Source of the DNA: Fibrobacteria bacterium
GTDB taxonomy: Bacteria; Fibrobacterota; Fibrobacteria; UBA11236
Assembly (NCBI GenBank): GCA_043745805.1
Contig: JAYTSD010000021.1
Coordinates: forward strand, 1-60,384
DNA: 60,384 nt
Direction: 5' to 3'
Each line of letters starts with the position of its first letter. Position 1 is the first letter of the stretch. The position numbers and the translations under genes are program-made. Positions 39,503 through 49,000 of this stretch are shown one piece after another. A model generated the notes under the pieces. It was not told the origin of the DNA. It ran no database searches and was given only the letters and a program-made list of their open reading frames with translations.

Positions 39503-39718
39503 TTATCCCAACATATCGAGTAAAGTGCCCAACATTTTATCGCGGGTTTTAATGACTTGCATTTGCATGCCGACTTGATTCTTATCGGTAGAAAGTTCCA
39601 CCATATCTTTTTCAAGGGTTGGATCTTCCACGCCTTGGGCAATTCGTTCTCCGCGCTGGGCATTTTGCGCAAAGGCATTTTGTACGGCATTTACAGAAGA
39701 AATTGATCCAGTATCCAT
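39503..39718 (-). CDS. Small protein resembling the flagellar rod/hook C-terminal (Flg_bbr_C) segment
   Basis: AGGAG RBS. LEKDMVEL...VIKTRDKMLGTLLDM. Confidence 0.7.
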   Translation of the reverse strand: MDTGSISSVNAVQNAFAQNAQRGERIAQGVEDPTLEKDMVELSTDKNQVGMQMQVIKTRDKMLGTLLDMLG

Positions 39719-39920
39719 AGTAGTTCTCCTATCCCCATTCTAAGGATGGCGAAGACAAAAGTCGAATAGTTTTCTCTTGTCGCATTGTTGTGATTTGGCT
39801 TTCTCGGGAAAAGTGAAATAAGACGCTTAAATCGTGATTTATCCAAGCGCTTGCATTCCCTTCCTCATCGATTTTACAATACCTACGGAAAGGCCTCCGT
39901 TCGCGAGGCATGCACAGGCC

Positions 39921-41309
39921 ATGGGATATTTCCTCATCTATCAATTATTACCGCTAGCCTGTTTAGGAATTTTATTTCAGTGGCTGGGAAAATGGGAATG
40001 GTTTATACATTGGGGTCTTACTTTAATTTTTTTAGGTGGCGCACTACTGCAATTAAGCCTTTGGTGGGCTAGCACTCCGTCCCTATTAAATCCCGATAGC
40101 AACGGATTTTATCTCTTAAGTAAAGGAATGGAAACCGATCTCCGTTCTATTTTATACCGACCAAAATTATATCCGCTTTTTCTCGGTTGCTTTACTTCTT
40201 TGAAGGTTGCCGTTTTTATGCAATGCCTGCTTAAACTGGCCACAGGCGGATTCATTATAGGAATGGGGAAACTTTTAGCATGGCGAATGCCAACCCTCGC
40301 TTGCATATTATTTTTATTCCTAACCAATTCCCTATGGCTACAAGAACCCCTGCGTATTTTGGATACCACTTTATTCACTTTTTTATTAACCGGATTTTTT
40401 TATTTGACTTTATTTACCTTGCAGCAACCCTCATGGATTCGCTTCACTATGCTTTGCCTCTTTGCGGCCCTAACCACTTTGGTGCGTCAAGTAGGAGATG
40501 TTTCTTTAGTATTAGTAATTGTAGGAGTCGCATGGATTTCTATTGTGCAGAGTAAACAAAAAATCAAAGGCATATTAGTTTCTTTACTACTGGGAATGGC
40601 TTTAGCTTCATCAGGTGCTATTATAAATTATTGGCATTATGGTATTTGCAAAAGATCCATAGCTTTAGGAGTTTCCCTTTATACGCATCAAACACAATAT
40701 GCTTTGGCGGATGTAAATTCTTCGGAATGGAAATTTGTAGAAGGGTTGTTGCCTAGTATTCGCGAAAAAACCGAGCCGTGGAAAACGAATTATCATGAAC
40801 AATTATCTTGGACCGTTAATGCTATTCCCCATCAGGTAGAAAGAGCATTGGGAAGTCAAACCCTTCCCGAAATTTTACATGCCGATAAAATACTGTGTCA
40901 GCGCTTTTTCGCTTGGGCTTATACCCATCCACAACAATTTATTTTTTCCTTTCAAAATGAATTGAAGCGCCTACTTTTAAAATGCGAGGAATATGGTTCT
41001 GAATCGCTTTTGGGAAAAATTATTTCGCAGCCCATTCCATTTTTTATTCTCCGTATGGAGCGAGGGATTCTTTATCAACCACCTTGGTTATTACTTTGTT
41101 TGGGTATTCTTGGAATTATTATTGGTCGAGGAAACCGAATGGGCCTCTTGCTTTTGGGGATTGCTTGCTTAAGCTACCTTGTTCTCATTGCCTTAATCAT
41201 GGTGGGATTTACCCGTTATGTACTTTCCATTTTCCCTTGCCTTTTGGTGCTTTCCGGGCAAGCCATTACCAATCACAAAGCCCGTATCAGAGCAAATAAC
41301 CTCAATTAG
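39921..41309 (+). CDS. Polytopic membrane protein, GT-C/ArnT-like
   Basis: PDS.GF, R...YPLFL, many TM segments, C-terminal RY..P. ATG 39921 follows GAGG. Confidence 0.65.
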   Translation: MGYFLIYQLLPLACLGILFQWLGKWEWFIHWGLTLIFLGGALLQLSLWWASTPSLLNPDSNGFYLLSKGMETDLRSILYRPKLYPLFLGCFTSLKVAVFMQCLLKLATGGFIIGMGKLLAWRMPTLACILFLFLTNSLWLQEPLRILDTTLFTFLLTGFFYLTLFTLQQPSWIRFTMLCLFAALTTLVRQVGDVSLVLVIVGVAWISIVQSKQKIKGILVSLLLGMALASSGAIINYWHYGICKRSIALGVSLYTHQTQYALADVNSSEWKFVEGLLPSIREKTEPWKTNYHEQLSWTVNAIPHQVERALGSQTLPEILHADKILCQRFFAWAYTHPQQFIFSFQNELKRLLLKCEEYGSESLLGKIISQPIPFFILRMERGILYQPPWLLLCLGILGIIIGRGNRMGLLLLGIACLSYLVLIALIMVGFTRYVLSIFPCLLVLSGQAITNHKARIRANNLN

Positions 41310-41579
41310 GTTCCCTATTCTGCATTGATTTTTTAATTCCTAATTCCCTCAGGTTTCCAAAAAACCGTCAGCTTTTTTTACGCCACGGCGTATATTAGAT
41401 AAAACTATTAGGGTTTCGTTATTTAAACTAAGGCTCTAAATCCATGAAACTGGTGTTTATTTTATTTTCAAATATAATGTATTCTACAAAAATAAAAATA
41501 AAAAATACTTGAAAAAAATAGATGAAATGGTCTACAATTAAAAACTAAAACCATATAATTGGTTTAGATATTTATTGAC

Positions 41580-42863
41580 ATGATCAAAGAGATTGAAATG
41601 CAGTTAAATACCAAAGTCCTTATTAGCATCACTTTTTTCATTTTCAACATACAATTCGCATTCTCGGCTCTGTCTGCAACTATCGGCTGGAGCGAAATAC
41701 CTAACACAAAATTAAATACCGTATGTCCAGATACCATGAATGGTTATGATTATAAAGGAAATTGTGAAGCTGTTGTTACAGCTTGGAATAGTGCGACCTT
41801 AGACGATACTCGCAATCGATTAATAGTTTGGGGTGGCGGTCATCAAGATTATAGCGGCAATGAATTATACGCAGTGGACTTAAATACGTTAACTATAAAA
41901 AGATTAAGTGACCCTGCACCTCCGGCCAGTGGCTGCCCCGAAGATTTAGCTGGTGGTACACAGCCCAATTCTAGACATACTTATAATGGGCTAACCTTCA
42001 TTTCTCATCTCGACAAATTATTTGTTGCAGGGGGTTCTCTAGCAAACTGTGGATATATGTCCAATGGAACATGGACCTTCGATTTTAAGACCCTCAAATG
42101 GCAGGCTATGAAACCCAAAGGAGATCGCATAAATGCTGCACCGGGAATTATTAGTGCTTACGATCCGGTCACTAAAAAAGTTTATTTGCACGATGATGGA
42201 AGTTTTTTTTCTTATACCTATGAAACGAATACTTATAAACTGCTTTCCGAAGGCGGTATTGATTACCATTTAACCGGAGTGCTCGACCCCGTACACCGTA
42301 AATTTATTATGATAGGTGGTGGCCAACAATGGATGATTGATTTAAATGATCCCACCTACAAGCACCAAGTTTTAGGAAGTACAGGTGGCTCAGCAGTTAT
42401 AAATGCAGACAGTCCTGGTTTAACTTATGATGCCGTCGAAAACCATATTGTAGCTTGGAGTGGGGGTAACACAGCCCACATCTATGATGTAGATAAAAAA
42501 ATCTGGTCTACGAATACGAATAACAGTGGCCCAGGCGCCGCAATGAGTAATGGAACCAATGGTCGCTTTGCTTTCGTTCCCTCCTTAAATGTTTTTGTAT
42601 TAGTCAATGGCATGGCCAAGAATGCATATGTGCTGCGTTTAAATCCTAAAGCAGGGGTTCCTATCAAAACAATGCCGATCAAGTCTAAATCAAAAAAAGA
42701 AAAGAATTTTTTAATAAATAGTGTTTTTGGCATTCCGGAAAACAATTTATCCTTATTAAAAGAAAGCCGCGATTTGCAAGGACGCAAAATGGATATGTCG
42801 CTTTTCTGTTCGGTATGCAGTAGAGAAGTGTTTTATTCCGGCATTCGCGCAACTAAAAAATAA
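41580..42863 (+). CDS. Secreted Kelch-like beta-propeller protein
   Basis: Signal peptide, WGGGHQDY.GNE.Y, P.SRHTY, repeated YD/W units. Tail DLQGRK. Confidence 0.8.
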   Translation: MIKEIEMQLNTKVLISITFFIFNIQFAFSALSATIGWSEIPNTKLNTVCPDTMNGYDYKGNCEAVVTAWNSATLDDTRNRLIVWGGGHQDYSGNELYAVDLNTLTIKRLSDPAPPASGCPEDLAGGTQPNSRHTYNGLTFISHLDKLFVAGGSLANCGYMSNGTWTFDFKTLKWQAMKPKGDRINAAPGIISAYDPVTKKVYLHDDGSFFSYTYETNTYKLLSEGGIDYHLTGVLDPVHRKFIMIGGGQQWMIDLNDPTYKHQVLGSTGGSAVINADSPGLTYDAVENHIVAWSGGNTAHIYDVDKKIWSTNTNNSGPGAAMSNGTNGRFAFVPSLNVFVLVNGMAKNAYVLRLNPKAGVPIKTMPIKSKSKKEKNFLINSVFGIPENNLSLLKESRDLQGRKMDMSLFCSVCSREVFYSGIRATKK

Positions 42864-42981
42864 CTCCGTATATTTGTAAAGAAATTCGAAAAAAATCAAG
42901 TGCGGAGAATATGGTCAAAATAACTTTTTGGCTTTAATTAATTAGATTTTCACCACCTTATGATGAAGTTGTGGTGAAAAG

Positions 42982-44409
42982 ATGGTGAAAGCCAGTATTA
43001 TAAAAAGCGAAAAAGAGCTGCAAACTTATTTTGTGCAGTTACCTTCGTTACAAGCAGCGACACAAAGCACATTATCCTTTCACCAGCCCTTTTTTTCGGA
43101 AATCTGGTGGAAACATTTTAATAATCAAGATGGTAGTGATTTCGGTGTCAAAAGGGGTCGAAATTTTTTTGGCTTAAAAAACCAGCTGGAAGAACGCATT
43201 TGGGTTATCGCCGAAAATACCCATGGACTTTGTGGTTATGTGCCTCTTGTCTGGAATTCACTCACAATCAAAGGTCGTGCCGAACCCTTGCGTATGCTCT
43301 CTTTTTGTGCAGACTCGGTTATTATTTTTTATCAAGATTTATTTACGCATCCTATTGATCGCGAAACTACCGTAACCGCTATGTTAAATGTGGTTACCGA
43401 TTATATTGCCGAAAATAAAGGTCTACTTTTTTTGGGGCATATTCCCGAAGCCTCTCCCAATACTGCATTTTTACAAAAAGCTTTTGCCCAGTATTTGCAA
43501 CAGGGATGGAAAGGTGGCTGGGGTGCGAATCGGTTTCGCGGCGGCGTATACCCCTGGACCTTGCATAAACTGGTGCAGGCTTTGCAAACTCTACAAGAAA
43601 AACTTGGTGAAGCGGATGAATACACCACAAGCGTAGTCGCTTTAATCGCGAAGCTAGAAAAACAAGGATCCGCTTTACTCGGCTTTCCCGGAACTCGAAT
43701 TGCTTTAGAAAAAGAAGTGGCTACGTTACTGGAACGTTACCATGGAAATCCTGAGCTTTTGGAAATCAGCGAAAACATTTCTCTCGCCATTACGGGAGAT
43801 GTAATCAAATATCCTTTTATACCCTTGCCTAAAACGCCGGATGAATATTTGCAAAGCTTAAGCTCTAGTCGCCGCTATTATTTTCGCCGCTATTTGAAAA
43901 AATATGAAGAAATGGGTGGGACTTTTGAAAACTTAGCGCCTGAACAAATCACCGAAGCGGACATTAATGATTATTTACACTTACATGAACAACGTTGGGG
44001 CGCAGATTCAGTAGCGGTTAACGAAGTTACTCTAGCTTTTCATCGAGAGCTATCTTTAGCGGCTGCAAAGGCAGGTGTGTATCGCATGTTCTTTGCTCGC
44101 CATGAAGGCAAGCGTATTGCCGCCCATGTTTGCTTTGATATTGCCGGACGCAGAGAATATTTTTTTGGTGGGAGACGATTAGAAGCCGAAGAATTAAGAG
44201 CTGGTAAACTTTTAGTTATGCATACTGTACTGGATGCTATTCGCAATGGATTTACCACTTATGATTTTGGATATGGTGGAGATGAATACAAAGCCGATTT
44301 CACTAAAATTTGGAATCCCGTACTAAGTTTTTTCCTTACGCAAGATGAATCACTCTTGGATTTGGAAAAGATTTTCCCAAAATACGAACACTTAAGCATA
44401 GATAAATAA
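42982..44409 (+). CDS. GNAT/FemABX-like acyltransferase (CelD/BcsL-type) with helical insertion
   Basis: F.Q...W..WW, YP.IPLP...DEYL.SLS...R, LH..RW, G.LL..., FDFG-type YDFGYGGDEYK. Confidence 0.8.
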   Translation: MVKASIIKSEKELQTYFVQLPSLQAATQSTLSFHQPFFSEIWWKHFNNQDGSDFGVKRGRNFFGLKNQLEERIWVIAENTHGLCGYVPLVWNSLTIKGRAEPLRMLSFCADSVIIFYQDLFTHPIDRETTVTAMLNVVTDYIAENKGLLFLGHIPEASPNTAFLQKAFAQYLQQGWKGGWGANRFRGGVYPWTLHKLVQALQTLQEKLGEADEYTTSVVALIAKLEKQGSALLGFPGTRIALEKEVATLLERYHGNPELLEISENISLAITGDVIKYPFIPLPKTPDEYLQSLSSSRRYYFRRYLKKYEEMGGTFENLAPEQITEADINDYLHLHEQRWGADSVAVNEVTLAFHRELSLAAAKAGVYRMFFARHEGKRIAAHVCFDIAGRREYFFGGRRLEAEELRAGKLLVMHTVLDAIRNGFTTYDFGYGGDEYKADFTKIWNPVLSFFLTQDESLLDLEKIFPKYEHLSIDK

Positions 44410-45644
44410 TGCCTCGTGTATTAATCATTGCTTTTCATTTCCCTCCCATTCAAGGGAGTAGCGGCTATTTGCGCACTTTAAAATTTACACGTTACCTTCC
44501 TGAATTTGGTTACGATCCTATTGTTCTTACCGTGCATCCTAGAGCTTATGGACAAACCAATCCACAACTCTTAAAACAAATTCCAGCCTCCGTCCCTGTA
44601 CATCGTAGTTTTGCCTTAGACGCGCAAAAACATTTATCGTGGAAAGGGAAGTATTTTAGCTTCACCAGTATTCCCGATCGCTATGCTACTTGGATTCCCG
44701 CAGCTATTCTAGACGGATGGCGTTTAATTAAAAAACATAAAATTGATATAATTTTTTCCACCTACCCTATTCCCAGTGCACATATCATTGCCTATGCACT
44801 AAAAAAGATTACTGGAAAACCTTGGTTAGCTGATTTTCGCGATCCCATGTGGGATGAATATGTTGCCGCTTCTTCTGGTGCATTAAAAGCAAGGCAAATT
44901 ATCGAGGCCAAAGCGATACAAAACTGTTCGCATGCTATACTCGCTACAGCAGGTATGGAGGCACTATTTCATAGACGTTACCCCCAGCTTGATAAGACTA
45001 AAATGTCGGTGATTTTAAATGGATTTGATGAAGCTGATTTTACAAATATTAAATCTATTCCTCGCCAAACCAAGGCACCAGTGACATTTATCCATGCTGG
45101 GTTACTAGAGCAAGTGGACCGAGATCCGGTCCCATTTTTTAAAGCCATAAAACTTACTCTGGATAAAGGCTCTCTAAAAAAGGAACAGCTGCGTGTGCAT
45201 TTAATTGGGATTGGCAACAATACTACTTACATAGCTGAACTGAAAAAACTTGATCTCGCCGATGTTGTTTTATTATTGCCGCCTATTTCCTATAATGAGG
45301 CCTTACAACAAATGGCTAATGCTGATGTTTTATTACTTTTTCAAGGGCCTAGTTGCGATGCTCAAATTCCCGCCAAGCTTTATGAATATATGCGAATTGG
45401 TAAACCCATTTTTGCGATTACAACTGTTGCAGGTGAAACCGGAAAAATGATATTGGAAAACCAAGCGGGCGAAATTGTTTCGCCCGCTGATTCAAATATT
45501 ATAGCCGAAGCCCTTATTAATTGGATACATAAAATTGAAAGTGGCGACAATTTGCCCATCGCAAAGCGAGAAGTCATTGCTAATTTTTCGCGCTATAAGC
45601 AAACTCAGGAACTTGCAATAAGACTTGCAAAGCAAAAATCTTAA
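44409..45644 (+). CDS. Glycosyltransferase family 4
   Basis: FHFPP, ADFRDP, I.NGFD, IPAKLYEY...GKPI. Confidence 0.92.
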   Translation: MPRVLIIAFHFPPIQGSSGYLRTLKFTRYLPEFGYDPIVLTVHPRAYGQTNPQLLKQIPASVPVHRSFALDAQKHLSWKGKYFSFTSIPDRYATWIPAAILDGWRLIKKHKIDIIFSTYPIPSAHIIAYALKKITGKPWLADFRDPMWDEYVAASSGALKARQIIEAKAIQNCSHAILATAGMEALFHRRYPQLDKTKMSVILNGFDEADFTNIKSIPRQTKAPVTFIHAGLLEQVDRDPVPFFKAIKLTLDKGSLKKEQLRVHLIGIGNNTTYIAELKKLDLADVVLLLPPISYNEALQQMANADVLLLFQGPSCDAQIPAKLYEYMRIGKPIFAITTVAGETGKMILENQAGEIVSPADSNIIAEALINWIHKIESGDNLPIAKREVIANFSRYKQTQELAIRLAKQKS

Positions 45645-45677
45645 ACTTAATTTAGCCTAGACTCGTTTGAGGACCTC

Positions 45678-47009
45678 ATGAAAAAAAAATTAACCGTACT
45701 CTTAATGTTAACCATTATCATCTCAACCTATGCAAAAAAACAAGTGTTACCCCCACTTTACTGGGGTATTTACACTATTGATAATTCTGGAGAAATCTGG
45801 GGCCAATCAAAAGTACGTTTTGATGCTCAAGGCAAATTGAAATTGGCTTTTCGTGGCCATTATGATATTCGCTATACCGAGATGAATGGAAGTATTTGGA
45901 ATAAACCTATTATAGTGGATTCAAATGCGGGCTCTGATGCCCGTGTAGACATGGTTTTAGACAAAGCAGGCAATGCCCATATTGTTTCTCAAAATGATAA
46001 TAATACCAAAATTCGTTATGCCTATTTCAACGGAACAAAGTGGAATGGTCAATTAATTGACTCGCATCGTTATGTAGATTTCTATCAATTCGCAATGGCC
46101 ATAGATTCCAAAGACGGTATACATATGGCTTATCCTCGTACGGTAACCAATAATGGTAATGATATGTCATCTTTGAAGTATGTTTATTTGCCTTCTAGCA
46201 ATATTCTGCAAGATAGCGCGGTGATTTGTCCAAATTGTGGCTTTCATGGCAAATGGACGGCTATGACTGTGGATGCGCAAGATAAACCTGTAATAAGTTA
46301 TTTTCGTCATGGTGAGGAACATTTGGTTGTTGCCTATCAAGAAAACAACCAATGGAAAAATCAATTTTTAGATTCAGCAAGTATCGATCATCCACAAGGT
46401 TTTCACAATACTATCGCCAACGATACCGGAAATGCTTATTACATTGCCTTCAATCAAAAATCAAAAAACATATTACGCCTTGCCCATGGTATGCTAGGCG
46501 GACAGTGGACTTATGAAAAAGTGGATAGTTTGATTGGATACACGGTTTTCTCTTCCATGATTTCTCTCGCTCTTGACAAAGACCAACGCCCCTTTGTGGC
46601 TTATGCTCAAGTACAATCAAGTGATGCTGTTAAAGCGGAGCGTTCCAAATTACAACTTGCCTATAAAGAGGGAAGTGATTGGAAAACCTTCACCATTGAC
46701 TCTTCCGTCACAATTGCCGGAGAATATGCTTCGATGGCCATTTCACCCATTACCGGATTACCCGCAATTAGTTATGTCGCTGTAGGGGCAAAAAGGGAAT
46801 TAAGAGTAGCCATTGCAAGTCTTACTCCTATCGCCATTTCACCCAAATCAAACCATGGAAAAACCAAAGCGCCTCGAATCGATTTATCCAAAAAAGCTTT
46901 CTTTGATGCGCAAGGAAAATCGGAAAAAAAAGTATCTGCTTCGGGCTTGCATTTTTCCAAAGAAACCGGAATGTTACCTGTCATAAAATCTTCTGCGAAT
47001 CGAGATTAG
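45678..47009 (+). CDS. Secreted beta-propeller-like protein
   Basis: Signal peptide, repeated S.ALD..G.PHI.Y / W....D units. Tail FDAQGK...SG..F. Confidence 0.75.
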   Translation: MKKKLTVLLMLTIIISTYAKKQVLPPLYWGIYTIDNSGEIWGQSKVRFDAQGKLKLAFRGHYDIRYTEMNGSIWNKPIIVDSNAGSDARVDMVLDKAGNAHIVSQNDNNTKIRYAYFNGTKWNGQLIDSHRYVDFYQFAMAIDSKDGIHMAYPRTVTNNGNDMSSLKYVYLPSSNILQDSAVICPNCGFHGKWTAMTVDAQDKPVISYFRHGEEHLVVAYQENNQWKNQFLDSASIDHPQGFHNTIANDTGNAYYIAFNQKSKNILRLAHGMLGGQWTYEKVDSLIGYTVFSSMISLALDKDQRPFVAYAQVQSSDAVKAERSKLQLAYKEGSDWKTFTIDSSVTIAGEYASMAISPITGLPAISYVAVGAKRELRVAIASLTPIAISPKSNHGKTKAPRIDLSKKAFFDAQGKSEKKVSASGLHFSKETGMLPVIKSSANRD

Positions 47010-47012
47010 TCT

Positions 47013-48077
47013 ATGCCCTTGGCGGCCATTAAAGAGAAAACTTTTCACTTAATTGGTCGTGCGACTCGCCTCTCGGGATTAGGTCGGAAGGTCACCGCAC
47101 TTGTTGATACAACGCACTTTTCCTTGCGACCCTTTCCGCGCCTAAGTAAAAGCTCTTCTCTCAAAAATCATATTATCATTTACCATCGCGTTTTACCGAA
47201 GCTGGATGAATTAGCTATTGGGCCAGTTACTTCCGAAATGTTTCATGCCCAACTTAATATTCTCAAAAAAAATTTTCGTGTCATTCCGTTAGAACAATTA
47301 ATATTTGAAAACCAAAAATCGTCTCAAAGTCCCGTGCAATCGGGTGCGGTGAGCATCACTTTCGACGATGGTTATCGCGATAATTATGATCATGCTTTCC
47401 CTATACTGCGCAATTTAAATTTACCCGCTACTATTTTTTTAGCGACTGATTTTATTGGTACTGGAAAAACACCGTGGCACGATAAAATTTTACATGCCTT
47501 TAAGAAAACAACCTTAAATCAATTTGCATATACTCCTGCTAAAATTTTAAGCGTCCCCTTAAATTCTGACAAACTAAAAGCGCACGCCGCCTTTACTCTT
47601 TTAGAATGGTTAAAACAATTTCAACCAGAATCCCGCGATATGCATATTGCGCAAGTTGAAAAACTGTTAGGTTTTACTGAAGGTACTAATGAGCGCTTGA
47701 TGTTAAATTGGGATGAAGTAAAAATAATGGATCAGCAAGGTATTAGTTTTGGTGCGCATACGCAAAGCCATCCTATTTTATCAACACTGAATGAACGAGA
47801 CATGGAAAATGAAATTGTGGGCTCACAAAAAATAATCTCGCAACAGCTGGGGAAACCTGTTCCGCTATTTGCTTACCCCAATGGTCGTCGGGGAGATTAT
47901 AATGAAATGAGTAAACTAATTTTAGACCGTCACGAATTTGCAGGTTCAGTGACAACCAATGTAGGAGTCAATACCACCGAACAAAATCGTTTTGAGTTAT
48001 TACGTCGACAAGCTTGGGATAAAACCGCCGATGCTTTTTTCTGTCGCCTGCTTTTAGAGCGATGGACCACCGCATGA
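47013..48077 (+). CDS. Polysaccharide deacetylase (CE4/NodB)
   Basis: YHRV, TFDDGY, HTQSH, FAYPNG. Confidence 0.93.
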   Translation: MPLAAIKEKTFHLIGRATRLSGLGRKVTALVDTTHFSLRPFPRLSKSSSLKNHIIIYHRVLPKLDELAIGPVTSEMFHAQLNILKKNFRVIPLEQLIFENQKSSQSPVQSGAVSITFDDGYRDNYDHAFPILRNLNLPATIFLATDFIGTGKTPWHDKILHAFKKTTLNQFAYTPAKILSVPLNSDKLKAHAAFTLLEWLKQFQPESRDMHIAQVEKLLGFTEGTNERLMLNWDEVKIMDQQGISFGAHTQSHPILSTLNERDMENEIVGSQKIISQQLGKPVPLFAYPNGRRGDYNEMSKLILDRHEFAGSVTTNVGVNTTEQNRFELLRRQAWDKTADAFFCRLLLERWTTA

Positions 48078-48973
48078 AAAGTCCATCTGTAACATTTGGG
48101 TTACCCGTCTATAATGGAGAACTTTATTTACGCGCATGCTTAGAGTCCTTATTAGCGCAAACTTTTACCGACTTTGAAATCATAATCTCCGACAATTGCT
48201 CCACCGACCAAACGGAATCTATCTCTCATGAATACGCGCAAAAAGACCCTCGAATAAAATATTTTCGCCAGTCCACTAATTTAGGTGCCGCGGGAAATTT
48301 TCAAAAAGTTTTTGCCTTAGGTCAGGGCTATTATTTTAAATGGGTGGCTTATGATGATTTACATTCTCCGGTATTTTTAGAAAGATGTATAACCGTTTTA
48401 GAGGCACAAAAAGATGTAGTACTTTGTTTTGGGGGCACCGTCATTATTGATGCACAAGGCGAAAAGGTAGCAGACTATCATGATCTCTTAAAAATCGATT
48501 CGCCTTATCCCTCCATTCGCTTTCAGCATTTTTTAAGAGAGCTGGGACTTTGCAATTCCATGTTCGGATTGTTCCGCCGTGAACAACTCGGCTGCACACC
48601 GTTAATTGCAAAATTTGTCGCATCCGACGTGACCATGCTCGCTGAATTGGCATTAATGGGAAAGTATTACTTTGTACCCGAAACCCTTTTCTATCGACGC
48701 GTTCACGCTCAAGCCTCGGCATCCGCAAACCCCAACTTGTCTGGCCTTTCCTCTTGGTACGACCCCAAAAATGAAGGGCGCTTAGTGTTACCCACTTGGA
48801 CACATTTCCGAAAATATTTTGGAGCTATTTTACGCGTACCTATGTCGATTTCTGAAAAAATAAAATGCTTCAAGGCTTTAATCTCTTGGGCCTATTTCGA
48901 AGTTCAGGATTTAAAACAAGAATCTAAAGTCGCGGTTTTTTGGTTTTGGAATAAAAAAATTGTGCGTCACTAA
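48074..48973 (+). CDS. Glycosyltransferase family 2
   Basis: GLPVYNGE, ISDNCSTD, NLGAA.NF, YDD. ATG overlaps the upstream TGA. Confidence 0.93.
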   Translation: MKSPSVTFGLPVYNGELYLRACLESLLAQTFTDFEIIISDNCSTDQTESISHEYAQKDPRIKYFRQSTNLGAAGNFQKVFALGQGYYFKWVAYDDLHSPVFLERCITVLEAQKDVVLCFGGTVIIDAQGEKVADYHDLLKIDSPYPSIRFQHFLRELGLCNSMFGLFRREQLGCTPLIAKFVASDVTMLAELALMGKYYFVPETLFYRRVHAQASASANPNLSGLSSWYDPKNEGRLVLPTWTHFRKYFGAILRVPMSISEKIKCFKALISWAYFEVQDLKQESKVAVFWFWNKKIVRH

Positions 48974-49000
48974 GTTTATTTTTCAAAGGTTTCTGCCAGC

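Noticed and set aside
46227-46250. CPNCGFH as a heme-binding motif
   Set aside because: Not CxxCH; more likely a disulfide.
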